IMG/VR virus record: IMGVR_UViG_3300020044_002851
Span: 1 to 40,143 of that record
Source: a virus
Taxonomy: Duplodnaviria > Caudoviricetes
Direction: 5' to 3' (one strand)
DNA: 40,143 nucleotides
Shown here: positions 19,352 to 28,164 of the stretch, piece after piece
Layout of the letters: each line of letters starts with the position of its first letter
How positions within the stretch are numbered: the first letter of the stretch is position 1
Translations under genes and position numbers: made by a program
Notes under the pieces: model-generated
The model's database searches: none
What the model saw: only the letters and a program-made list of their open reading frames with translations
Told to the model about the DNA's origin: nothing

Positions 19352-19423
19352 CAAATATATGTCTACTGTTTTGATTAAAAACAATAATTGTGATGAACGG
19401 TAAAATATAATGATGAGTGGTAA
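19352..19423 (-). promoter_or_regulatory. Early promoter: TATATTTG (-7), TTG (-33) and upstream repeat ACCACTCATCA-N9-ACCGTTCATCA
   Basis: Consensus match at the head of the early operon, downstream of the lysis terminator. Confidence 0.75.
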
Positions 19424-19503
19424 ATGTATAATATTGTTTACAAAACTATACGTTTTTGCATATACTATTTAGCATTATGGCATTTTTATACGAGATTGCA
19501 TAT

Positions 19504-19532
19504 AAAAAACCCCCACCAAACGATGAGGGCTT
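19504..19532 (-). terminator. Intrinsic terminator ending the late/lysis operon
   Basis: AAGCCCTCATCGTTTGGTGGGGGTTTTTT (stem with G-U pairs plus U-tract). Confidence 0.7.
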
Positions 19533-19574
19533 AACCTAACATGAAAAACAAAAACTCTATGAAGAGCGAATGTA

Positions 19575-20051
19575 CTAAATCTTTGGATAACGTGTGTTAT
19601 TATCTATAATAATATTACCTTTCTCAATCATTGGTTTTAACGTTTTCCATGTGTGGCCAAAAGTCATTTCAAAGTGTGGCGCATCTTTAAACGATTTCCA
19701 ATCACCACCCCAAACCCAACCTTTCGATTTAAAGTAACTTACAACCTTATTCCAGTTATCATCAATCTTCCATGAAGCACTTTCAAACGATCCATTTCCA
19801 TCGTTATCATAAAGAATAACAATATCAAATGCTAACCCGTAGTTATGGATTGACTGCCAAGCATCCGCATTAGTTACCTTTGGTCTTTTCTTAAATAGTA
19901 ATGATTGTTCTTGTGGTGTTCTAAAAACATAAGCAAATCTTAATCTGCAATTTTTAGGCAGCATTGAATTGATTTCTAAATATTGCTCACGAAGCTCTTG
20001 ACGAATCTTTGGATGTGCAAACTCAATCCGCTCTAATGTTATTTTATCCAT
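19575..20051 (-). CDS. Endolysin, M15 family L-Ala-D-Glu peptidase
   Basis: RTPQEQ, SIHNYGLAFD, WGGDW, DAPHFE. Confidence 0.92.
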   Translation of the reverse strand: MDKITLERIEFAHPKIRQELREQYLEINSMLPKNCRLRFAYVFRTPQEQSLLFKKRPKVTNADAWQSIHNYGLAFDIVILYDNDGNGSFESASWKIDDNWNKVVSYFKSKGWVWGGDWKSFKDAPHFEMTFGHTWKTLKPMIEKGNIIIDNNTRYPKI

Positions 20052-20145
20052 ATTATTTACATTTAGTTGTTTAGTGTAAACAAATTAATTGTGCAATATA
20101 ACACACTTTTAATAGTTATTTCTGCTTAAAGCCTATTATAATACA

Positions 20146-20574
20146 CTATCTTCTATACTTAATTACTGAAATCACAAGCCCAATAAACATACATACGATA
20201 AGTATTCGCCAAGGAAATGACTGTTTACTGATTTGCTTTGTTTCTTGACGTGTAACGTATCTAATTGTCTCAAATGAATCTTTCTTTGTCTTGTATATCA
20301 AACGCTCTTGTAAACGTGTCTTAGGTACATAAACAGTATTAAATTGAATGATAGTATCAAACTCAGTTACAACCTTAACCCATTCGTTGTTAATGTACAC
20401 TGAATCAATTTTAGTTAACCTGATAGTGTCGCTTTGAGTTTCTACCTTAAGTCCTTTCTTGACTGCTTTATTATAGTGATGTTGCGCTGAGCAACTAGTC
20501 ATAAATATAAGCCAAAGGATTGAGATAATACAAGCCCAAATAAAGGCTACTAGATGTGTGAAGTTTATTTTCAT
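20146..20574 (-). CDS. Lipoprotein with C-terminal transmembrane helix; putative unimolecular spanin
   Basis: Hydrophobic signal with lipobox-like MTSC, C-terminal hydrophobic helix ending KYRR, adjacent to the endolysin. Confidence 0.55.
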   Translation of the reverse strand: MKINFTHLVAFIWACIISILWLIFMTSCSAQHHYNKAVKKGLKVETQSDTIRLTKIDSVYINNEWVKVVTEFDTIIQFNTVYVPKTRLQERLIYKTKKDSFETIRYVTRQETKQISKQSFPWRILIVCMFIGLVISVIKYRR

Positions 20575-21452
20575 AATGGAAATTTACGTGAATCAATTAT
20601 TTTATTTGCTGTTCTTACACCATCTGATTGTGTAATACATACGTCAATCGTTAGTATTCGACCACCCATTGGTTTAGGTGGTGCGCCTCTTTCAATGTGC
20701 CAACCTTTTGAGCCATCTTCGTACTCTTCTTTATACGCTCCAGTAATCATTAGATGTAGGTCTTTATGTTCAATCTTAAACCCTGTCTTTGAATGATTTT
20801 TAATTGTTTCTCTCACATCGTTACGAGATGAGTTTTCGTGAATGTGTCCCATGGTAAACACGTCAAAATCTTCATACATCTCAAGTGAACGTGTCAAGTT
20901 GATTGCTCCTTTTGTAACTACACCCCCACCGCCTGAGCCATGAAAGTATTTTACCTTGGTCAATGCTTCACTAGTTGTACCATGGTATTTTTGTCTGATT
21001 AAAAGCCATCCACCATAACCGCCCGTTTGAACGGTTGTATTGTTGGTATAGTTAAGTAGGTCAACAAACCTTTGAAGTATATCAGTTTCTTGCCATTTTA
21101 TTATAGCTGTCTCATGATTACCATAACCGACAACAGTTAATAAATGTGCGTAAGGTGACCACCATTTTACAGCTGTTTCAACTACACTATCTAAATACTT
21201 TGAGTTGTTGTGTTCTGGTCTTATATCAGACTTGCTGCTACGCTTATCACCTCTACCTTGCATCAAACAAAACATATCACCATTAATCATGATAGGCATA
21301 TTTTCTTTAACGCAATAATCTAGGTGTCGCTTTAAATAGTCCCAATCACATTTAGGATTGTCCCAGTGTATATCAGAAAGCATTGCTACTTGTACGTGCT
21401 TACCTTCTAGGCATAGCTCATGGATGTTCTTTGTGTGCTTGGTTACTTTCAT
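20571..21452 (-). CDS. Calcineurin-like metallophosphoesterase
   Basis: SDIH, NGD, GNHE, FHG and GHIH motifs. Confidence 0.85.
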   Translation of the reverse strand: MKVTKHTKNIHELCLEGKHVQVAMLSDIHWDNPKCDWDYLKRHLDYCVKENMPIMINGDMFCLMQGRGDKRSSKSDIRPEHNNSKYLDSVVETAVKWWSPYAHLLTVVGYGNHETAIIKWQETDILQRFVDLLNYTNNTTVQTGGYGGWLLIRQKYHGTTSEALTKVKYFHGSGGGGVVTKGAINLTRSLEMYEDFDVFTMGHIHENSSRNDVRETIKNHSKTGFKIEHKDLHLMITGAYKEEYEDGSKGWHIERGAPPKPMGGRILTIDVCITQSDGVRTANKIIDSRKFPL

Positions 21453-21482
21453 ATTTGATCGTTAAGTTTGCACTAATATACA

Positions 21483-21899
21483 CTATCTAAGTTGATCTCG
21501 CTTCTTTTTAATATTTAAAGCAAATTTGTAAACATCCTCAGCCTGAGTAATTATTCCTTTTTTACCTAGTGACTTTTGATTTTCATCTATACTGGTAATC
21601 TCTGTATAGATAGGAACAACAGCACAAAGCCAAACCCCGTACTTCCATCCTGTAATGATGTTTATAAGCAACCCAACTATAAGAAACACAGCATAACCAA
21701 TCAACTTTGCAAACACATCTGAAAAGCGATTTGAGGTAATCTTCTCACCTCTATGTTTAGCTGCCTTGCGCCCTAAATAAGTATCGACAATTACAAAGAT
21801 GAATACTAGCATAGCCACGTAGATAGCTGGTGCAAAGAAAGCTCCGACAATCGGCAAGGTGTGAAGAAATGAATTAGTTAGTTGGGCTTTGAAGGTCAT
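21483..21899 (-). CDS. Holin
   Basis: Three hydrophobic segments, FVIVDTYLG, EITSIDEN and a basic C-terminus; in the lysis region. Confidence 0.8.
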   Translation of the reverse strand: MTFKAQLTNSFLHTLPIVGAFFAPAIYVAMLVFIFVIVDTYLGRKAAKHRGEKITSNRFSDVFAKLIGYAVFLIVGLLINIITGWKYGVWLCAVVPIYTEITSIDENQKSLGKKGIITQAEDVYKFALNIKKKRDQLR

Positions 21900-22198
21900 T
21901 ACATATCTATTTCTACTGTATAACCTAATTGCTCAAATGCTTGTTTACCGTATTCGTGTGCAGTATCAATGCTTTGTAATTCCGTTGGTAATATTTCAGC
22001 GTTGAAAGTTCCTTGTTGAACATTTGTACTTAATGCACTTGCTCCACTTTCAAAAGCCAATTTACTCGCATAAGTAGCAACCGCCACTTCTAACGTTTTA
22101 CCATCTGCTCTTCCAGCAAATTCGATTCTACCGTATACATTTGGTACTTCGATTTCTGTACCCGTTATTGTAATTTTTCCGCTAATAATTAATCCCAT
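21899..22198 (-). CDS. Hypothetical protein after the tail fiber (possible fiber chaperone)
   Basis: 99-aa ORF; function inferred from position only. Confidence 0.5.
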   Translation of the reverse strand: MGLIISGKITITGTEIEVPNVYGRIEFAGRADGKTLEVAVATYASKLAFESGASALSTNVQQGTFNAEILPTELQSIDTAHEYGKQAFEQLGYTVEIDM

Positions 22199-22205
22199 GA
22201 TTTTT

Positions 22206-24635
22206 TTAGTTAAGAGCTACCCAAGCAGCGTTTGTGTAAATATACATTTTATTATTTGTTGAATCAATAACGATAGGAGCTTTTCCCGTAAATGAAGCAG
22301 CTGGAACACCCGTAGGAACACCAGCGCACGTTGGTAAGTAAGCAAATCCATTTGTAGCGTTTGTTGCAAGTGCAACCTCTCTGCCTAAAAGTACATTATG
22401 GTTTGCATCTTTTCGTATTGCTTGGTTTCCTTGATTATCTGCTAATACTGCATTATTTGAAACGTTACCAATAACAATATCAGAGCCTAATAAATTGTTA
22501 TAATTACCCGTTGTAACTCCACTTGCTACACTCCTATAACCTAAATGTGTGTTTATTGTGCCAGTTGTCATTCCAACTCCAGCACTTTGTCCAATTGATA
22601 AATTAAGGCTACCTGTTCCCGCACCTGCTCCGTAACCAATAGCAACCGTTCCATTTCCTCCTTGTGTAGAAGCTGTATAACCAATAAATACACCATATTG
22701 AGAATTAGAATTTTGTCCAGCTCCAAAGCCAATAAATACGCTACCAGTTGCGGTTGTTCCATTTGAACCAGCTGCATATCCTAAGTAAGTATTATAACTC
22801 CCCGTTCCGTTTATTTGACCAGCTCCAAAGCCTACAGCGGTATTACTCTCTCCAGTTGTTAATTGTAAAGCACCACTTCCAAATGCTGAATTAGTAGTTA
22901 ATGTTGTAACTGTTGCAAGTGCATTATAGCCAAATGCAGTGTTGTTATTTCCAGTTGTACAACTGTTTAAAGATAACTGACCAAACGCAGTATTTTGTGA
23001 TTGAAATCCTTTACCATTTGACCAAACTTGTCCTAGTCCATTAACTGTTAATACATTAGCACTATCCGCACTATTCCGAACTCTAAAAGCTATATCAGTT
23101 GACAAAGCACCTTGCGCTCTTACGTCTAACCTTACAGTTGTTGCTGGTGTTGCTCCAACTCCTAAGCGTGAATTTGTATTATCCCAAAATAAAGAAGATG
23201 ATTGTTGAACTACATCCCCCGTTCCTTGAAAGAATACTCTTCCAACTGTCCCGCTAGTAACCGCAGTTGTACCTACTGTTATTCCACCACCTCCGCCACT
23301 TATAACTAAGTCACCGCTACCAAGTAAACTATTTCCGTTTATTGTTTTTATGTTTGTTGCGCTTACTAGAGTAGGTTGAATACCCGCAGTTGATAAACTT
23401 TCGTTTTTCCAAAGTGAAGTCGCAGAATCGTATTGAAGTAAATTGTTATCTGCAACCGAAGAAATAGCTACGTTGTGAAGTTCGTCAAGTTCCCAACCGT
23501 TCATTATTTTAACGTATATTTTACCGTTAATTGCGTGGGCATATTCAACGTATCCAATCACAACTATATGACCAGGAGCAGTTGGTTTAATGTTTGTCAA
23601 TCTTCCCGCAGTTGTTGGACTTAGATAAAGTACGTCACCATCCACCCAAGTTTCACCTTGTAAACTTCCCGTTGTATTTATATTTTCTAACTGTCCAACT
23701 GTAATGATAAAGCCTTCTTGGTTTGTTGCTATTGTTTCAGTAACTAAACCAATTGTATCAGCTGAGTTATTATCGTTATTTGCTTGTGCTAAATTGATTG
23801 CTAATCTTCCACCTTGCGCACCGCTTACTCTGACCGCTTGATAATTTGCTTTTGTTAAAGTTGTATTAGGTGTTACTTTATTGACGATTCTAGCTACTAA
23901 ATCAACACCGTTTTTAATAGTTACGTTACCGCCTTTTAAAAGTGTTTCAGAACTTCCTATTGTATTATTCCATTGAGTTGAGCCTACAACAAAACCCGCT
24001 CCCGAAGGCGATACGTTTAAACTAATATGGTCAGCAGTTACATTGTGCGTACCCATATCAAGGTCATTAGTTGCTCCCGTATAAGGAACAAAGCCCGTAA
24101 CACTTGGAATAGTTGGCTTGTTTAATATTTCAGCAACTCCACTTGTAGCGTTCCAATCAGCGTTCACTTGAGCAGCGGGAATACTAGGCTTATTTGCAAT
24201 AGCAGTCGAACCACTTGTTGCGTTCCAATCAGCATTTGCTACTATCTCCCAAACAGCTGCAGTTGATGTGCTATCTGTACAAATGTAAACATCTCCGTTA
24301 TCTAATACCCATCGAGAACCTACATAATAACCTTGCGTATCATCGTTGTTTAAATCAGGAACAATATTAAACTTGTGGTTAACCTCTCTTATCAAAAGTC
24401 CGTTACCATCCATGACGTATTGGCTTCCCGCTTCCCACTTCAACTCATAACCAACTGCGCAAATCTGAGCAATACCTCCACCCGCTCCTGAGTCGATTGT
24501 ACCCTCACGAAGTCGAGATGTATTCTCTAATAAAATACCAGCATTATCAGTAAATGCAACATCGTTATTCGTTGTGTTGCCTGAATCAGTTACCTCTTGT
24601 AAAGTTGGTGTTGCTATGTTAATATTTACTGCCAT
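22206..24635 (-). CDS. Tail fiber / receptor-binding protein (809 aa)
   Basis: TLQEVTDSGN, NADWNATSG...NKP.IP repeats, ELDELHNV, IKTING, and NTAFG/NTAVG/NTYLG beta-roll repeats. Confidence 0.85.
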   Translation of the reverse strand: MAVNINIATPTLQEVTDSGNTTNNDVAFTDNAGILLENTSRLREGTIDSGAGGGIAQICAVGYELKWEAGSQYVMDGNGLLIREVNHKFNIVPDLNNDDTQGYYVGSRWVLDNGDVYICTDSTSTAAVWEIVANADWNATSGSTAIANKPSIPAAQVNADWNATSGVAEILNKPTIPSVTGFVPYTGATNDLDMGTHNVTADHISLNVSPSGAGFVVGSTQWNNTIGSSETLLKGGNVTIKNGVDLVARIVNKVTPNTTLTKANYQAVRVSGAQGGRLAINLAQANNDNNSADTIGLVTETIATNQEGFIITVGQLENINTTGSLQGETWVDGDVLYLSPTTAGRLTNIKPTAPGHIVVIGYVEYAHAINGKIYVKIMNGWELDELHNVAISSVADNNLLQYDSATSLWKNESLSTAGIQPTLVSATNIKTINGNSLLGSGDLVISGGGGGITVGTTAVTSGTVGRVFFQGTGDVVQQSSSLFWDNTNSRLGVGATPATTVRLDVRAQGALSTDIAFRVRNSADSANVLTVNGLGQVWSNGKGFQSQNTAFGQLSLNSCTTGNNNTAFGYNALATVTTLTTNSAFGSGALQLTTGESNTAVGFGAGQINGTGSYNTYLGYAAGSNGTTATGSVFIGFGAGQNSNSQYGVFIGYTASTQGGNGTVAIGYGAGAGTGSLNLSIGQSAGVGMTTGTINTHLGYRSVASGVTTGNYNNLLGSDIVIGNVSNNAVLADNQGNQAIRKDANHNVLLGREVALATNATNGFAYLPTCAGVPTGVPAASFTGKAPIVIDSTNNKMYIYTNAAWVALN

Positions 24636-25267
24636 ACTACGTTAATTGTTTCTGTTTTTAAACTTGGAATAGTCACGCTAGTTGTAACTCCGTTCACTAT
24701 GAAATTGTAAGTTGTATCAGGTAGTATTAATGTACCACCACTAGCAACTGTATCTGTATATGTACCGTCTGAATTTTCAACAGTAGCATCTGCACAACCT
24801 GGTGAAGGTGGACCAGGTATAATATCAACAGGAACCTGACAGCGACCATGCGAGGGAATCTCGAAGCGTATATCTGCAAAGTAACCTACTAGGTTATCCA
24901 ATTCTTTGTCGCAACCAAATTGACCGATTGGATCTTCAACTATATTAATATCGTCAACTCCGTAATCATTCCACCATACACGAATATCTCTAAGGATTAG
25001 ACTTGTATCGTTAGCATTCTCCCAAACATCTAAACGGTCATCGTTAATACGCTCGTAAACATACACTCTTAAAGTGTGTACATTCATAGCACGATTAACA
25101 GCCACATCAATAGGTGCAACAAACAACAAAGGATATGTATTTTCTTCTGTTATGTATGCGCTTCTATGATCGTCAGATTCAAAGATAACACGCCCTTGCA
25201 ACTGTCCATGACCATCAGCAAACGCTGTGATTGAATCCTTAATTGTAACAAGTGTGTTTATAGCCAT
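24626..25267 (-). CDS. Head-tail connector / tail terminator-like protein (213 aa)
   Basis: YPLLFV...TSLILRDI...LVGYFADI pattern; follows the adaptor gene. Confidence 0.5.
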   Translation of the reverse strand: MAINTLVTIKDSITAFADGHGQLQGRVIFESDDHRSAYITEENTYPLLFVAPIDVAVNRAMNVHTLRVYVYERINDDRLDVWENANDTSLILRDIRVWWNDYGVDDINIVEDPIGQFGCDKELDNLVGYFADIRFEIPSHGRCQVPVDIIPGPPSPGCADATVENSDGTYTDTVASGGTLILPDTTYNFIVNGVTTSVTIPSLKTETINVVWQ

Positions 25268-25758
25268 ACTGTATCACTTCTAAAATTACGCTCACCATCT
25301 GGAGCAGTTATTTCTTTATTCGTTGGATCCTTGTAAAGTGGAAAATTATCTTTATTCAGTTGTAAAAATTCTCTCAAATTTCCTTCATGGACCTTTGCAA
25401 ATTTTAAGATATTTGTTCTAATATATTCAACCGCTTGAATCCCCTCACTTGCTGAATAATCACCGCTTTGAGATTGTACACCTTTGTTTGATATTCTAAA
25501 CGAAAGATTAGGAGCAGCATCATAAGCAGCATAAAAAGCTGTTGTATATTTTACGAAGTCTATTAACTCATCCTCTAGTGCATTGGTTGTGCCAGCATTA
25601 AATTTAACTAGCAAGTCCTGAGTAAACGTATAACCTAGAATTGGCTCAATATAAACCTTGACACTCATCGGTATGTAAGGTGCTAAGTCCTTTGCATCTA
25701 CGTTCTGAGTAATATGTGTTTTATCCTTAATAAAGGCTTCTGTAACAAAGTATATCAT
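25258..25758 (-). CDS. Head-tail adaptor-like protein (166 aa)
   Basis: FVTEAFIK...NVD...YIEPILG...ISNKGV...FPLY, directly after the portal gene. Confidence 0.6.
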   Translation of the reverse strand: MIYFVTEAFIKDKTHITQNVDAKDLAPYIPMSVKVYIEPILGYTFTQDLLVKFNAGTTNALEDELIDFVKYTTAFYAAYDAAPNLSFRISNKGVQSQSGDYSASEGIQAVEYIRTNILKFAKVHEGNLREFLQLNKDNFPLYKDPTNKEITAPDGERNFRSDTVWL

Positions 25759-27137
25759 TCTGCTGCGAGTAATTGGTTAATAGTTTCTTGGTCTATTCCG
25801 TATGCTGCTAAACGTGTACGTGCTAAAGGCTCAGCTAATCTGCCCTTTGAAAAATCTCTCATTATTCGCATCATATCCATGTTATCTTTAGCTGATAAGC
25901 CTTTAAGATTATCATTAACAACTGCGCTTTGAATCGGCTTCCCTTCTGCGCTTAATTGCTCAACTTGTACACCTTCTTTAATAGCTTCCTTTAGTGTAAG
26001 TATATCCGTTTCATTAATAGTTAACTCTGTTGGTACACCGCAAATAGTAGCTAGTTCGTTCAAATAGCCTTGTATAGTTTCTCGGTTAGAATTTACCCAT
26101 AACTTCTTAAACTGTTCAGCACTAAACTCAATCTCTTCAGTTGCTCCTAAACTACCAGCAACACGAACACCCATTAATGCAGGATTAAGGTTGTGACTAA
26201 TTGCCACCTCTTCTTTATATTCCTTACTCGTTTGCTCAAATAAAGCATGATTATCCGTTGTACTTACAACTTCAACATCAGGTAAATTGTCTTTACCGTT
26301 TGCTTCAACTTTCATAGCACGCCCGTAGTTCTTCGCACCTTTAGCATTTTGTCTCATCCCCGCAGTCCAAACATCTCTCTCGTCGGGTGACATGATATAA
26401 GGATACTTGTAAATAACGCTTGGCTGTATTCCGTTCTCAATAGCTGATTTATGAAGTAGTGCAATATCAGCTCCGACCTTTTGCCAATTAGCTGAAGATA
26501 CCCAATCAGGCATCCCATAAGCCCTAAATCCACCTACTGAATTCTTAAGCTCTAATACTTGCCATTCATCTGTATTACCTATTCTATAAGGTGTAAAGAT
26601 TAATTGACCTGTTGACCTGGTCCAATCTCTAGAATAAAAATAATTTGCAGGTATATCGTTAAACAATCCAACTTGTGAATTTCTTATATTTTCAGGATCA
26701 ACTATTTTAAAATGTGTGTATTTTTTGTATTGATTAGAATAGTGTAAAAGTGCAATTACTCGACCATGCTTAACGAAATCTAGTACTATATTTTCACTAG
26801 ACTTTTTTAACTTAGACATCGTTTCAAATTGCTTAATCGCTATCTTTTCAGCTACATCTAGGTTATCGTAATCATTCCATTCGTAACCGTTACCAATTAC
26901 GCTGTACTTTTTAAAGTTACAACACGCCTGATGCATTGGTGCGCTTATGTATAATTGGTTTAAAATCTGAGGATAAAGATTCGATTCTCCAAACCAAACA
27001 CCGCCAGTTCTGTTAACGTAATCATCAACCAATGGCTGCGATAAATCCAAGCCCTCAGTATTGATTGTACGGAAACATTCTAATTCTTTATTCTCTACCT
27101 TTGGTGTTGGTATTATATCTTTACTAAACCATCCCAT
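25755..27137 (-). CDS. Portal protein
   Basis: FGESNLYPQIL...SAPMHQAC...IGNG, YGMPDW, IENGIQPS, AISHNLNPALMG. Confidence 0.85.
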   Translation of the reverse strand: MGWFSKDIIPTPKVENKELECFRTINTEGLDLSQPLVDDYVNRTGGVWFGESNLYPQILNQLYISAPMHQACCNFKKYSVIGNGYEWNDYDNLDVAEKIAIKQFETMSKLKKSSENIVLDFVKHGRVIALLHYSNQYKKYTHFKIVDPENIRNSQVGLFNDIPANYFYSRDWTRSTGQLIFTPYRIGNTDEWQVLELKNSVGGFRAYGMPDWVSSANWQKVGADIALLHKSAIENGIQPSVIYKYPYIMSPDERDVWTAGMRQNAKGAKNYGRAMKVEANGKDNLPDVEVVSTTDNHALFEQTSKEYKEEVAISHNLNPALMGVRVAGSLGATEEIEFSAEQFKKLWVNSNRETIQGYLNELATICGVPTELTINETDILTLKEAIKEGVQVEQLSAEGKPIQSAVVNDNLKGLSAKDNMDMMRIMRDFSKGRLAEPLARTRLAAYGIDQETINQLLAAE

Positions 27138-27138
27138 A

Positions 27139-27489
27139 TTAATTTCCTATTTGCGTTGTGACAACAATAAATCCTTTTTGTAAAATTCTGCCCGTAGTTT
27201 CTAAAACGTCTAATGTAGGTCGTACACTTTCGTATACACTATATGACCATTCTCCTTCTATTAAATATACCTCGCCATCTAAACCAACAGCGTTCGTTGT
27301 TTCAGTTATAACGATTAAATCGTATCGAATGTTAGATGTAGCCTGAAGTGAACAGCTAGTAGTTGGTCCATCCAAATCAAACTTATTTGTAAACACTATT
27401 AAGTAGTACGGATCGAGTAACTGTGACCGCTCCGACAAAGTGACACAAATATTATTAACAGTATTTTTTTCTATGACAAAATTACTCAT
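27139..27489 (-). CDS. Structural hypothetical protein (116 aa)
   Basis: Lies between the tail tube and portal genes; TLSE...YYLIVF...GEWSYSVYE. Confidence 0.6.
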   Translation of the reverse strand: MSNFVIEKNTVNNICVTLSERSQLLDPYYLIVFTNKFDLDGPTTSCSLQATSNIRYDLIVITETTNAVGLDGEVYLIEGEWSYSVYESVRPTLDVLETTGRILQKGFIVVTTQIGN

Positions 27490-27510
27490 TACTTTATATG
27501 TACAAAAAAA
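27490..27510 (-). promoter_or_regulatory. Putative late-gene motif TTTTTTTGTACATATAAAGTA-ATG
   Basis: Recurrent motif; its T-run is shared with the upstream terminator. Confidence 0.6.
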
Positions 27511-27533
27511 GGGGCTTGTTTGACAAACCCCCT
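27504..27533 (-). terminator. Intrinsic terminator after the major tail gene
   Basis: AGGGGGTTTGTCAAACAAGCCCCTTTTTTT. Confidence 0.75.
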
Positions 27534-27552
27534 CATTTTATGCAAATTAATT

Positions 27553-28110
27553 TTAAACTGCTGCGATAAGCAAAGCTTCAACAATTGCGCTATCAACTGC
27601 GTATAACATATGACGCTCATTTTCTGAAGTCAATGTAACAGGCATCTGTTGACCAGCTGCACGTGTGTTGTTAGTCGCTGCTGAGTTAGCCGATAATCTC
27701 AATCCTTGGTCAGCTCCTAACATCCACCAATCATCGTTATTATCTTGAACAACTGCTATCAAATCTCTTCGACCAGCAGCAAGTAAGCTAATAGCGTTAC
27801 GCTTTCTTAAATCAATTCTTCTAAATCCTAACTCTACATTTTGAGTGTAAGAGTGTGTATCAGCCACAAGGTCACCAGTCCAATCCTGACTAAACATTGA
27901 AGTATCTTTTGTTAAAGGGAAATCTTCAAATTTAGTACCAACTGTACGTGTAACTGCTGTTACTTCGCCATCTGTGTCAGGTGCTGAAGTTGCTGTTACG
28001 GTTAAACCCGTTACATCTTCAAACGATCCGATAAGCGCACGTTTAATCGCTCCGAGGTTATTGTCCCCGCAGTCTTTAGGTATTCCCACTAATGGGCTAC
28101 AAATTGCCAT
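27553..28110 (-). CDS. Major tail tube protein
   Basis: C...CGDNNLGAIK...IAVVQDNNDDWWMLG...G...VTLTSE pattern of Bacteroidota siphovirus tail tube proteins. Confidence 0.7.
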   Translation of the reverse strand: MAICSPLVGIPKDCGDNNLGAIKRALIGSFEDVTGLTVTATSAPDTDGEVTAVTRTVGTKFEDFPLTKDTSMFSQDWTGDLVADTHSYTQNVELGFRRIDLRKRNAISLLAAGRRDLIAVVQDNNDDWWMLGADQGLRLSANSAATNNTRAAGQQMPVTLTSENERHMLYAVDSAIVEALLIAAV

Positions 28111-28131
28111 ATCTTTCTATATTAAATGATT

Positions 28132-28160
28132 AAAAAATAGGAGGGCTTTTAAACCCTCCG
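28132..28160 (-). terminator. Terminator/attenuator after the major capsid gene
   Basis: GGAGGGTTTAAAAGCCCTCCTATTTTTT. Confidence 0.7.
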
Positions 28161-28164
28161 TTAA

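Noticed and set aside
18918-20145. Weak resemblance between intergenic segments at 18918..18959 and 20052..20145 (TAATAG.C.TTAAG)
   Set aside because: Too short and AT-rich to distinguish from chance.
6207-22777. Short nested minus-strand ORFs (6207, 8692, 14856, 17812, 22568) as further overprinted genes
   Set aside because: They are only 61-71 aa with no protein motifs, unlike the nested HNH.
24757-24764. Extra TACATATA inside the 213-aa gene
   Set aside because: It lacks the upstream T-run and the adjacent AGT-ATG, so it is likely coincidental.
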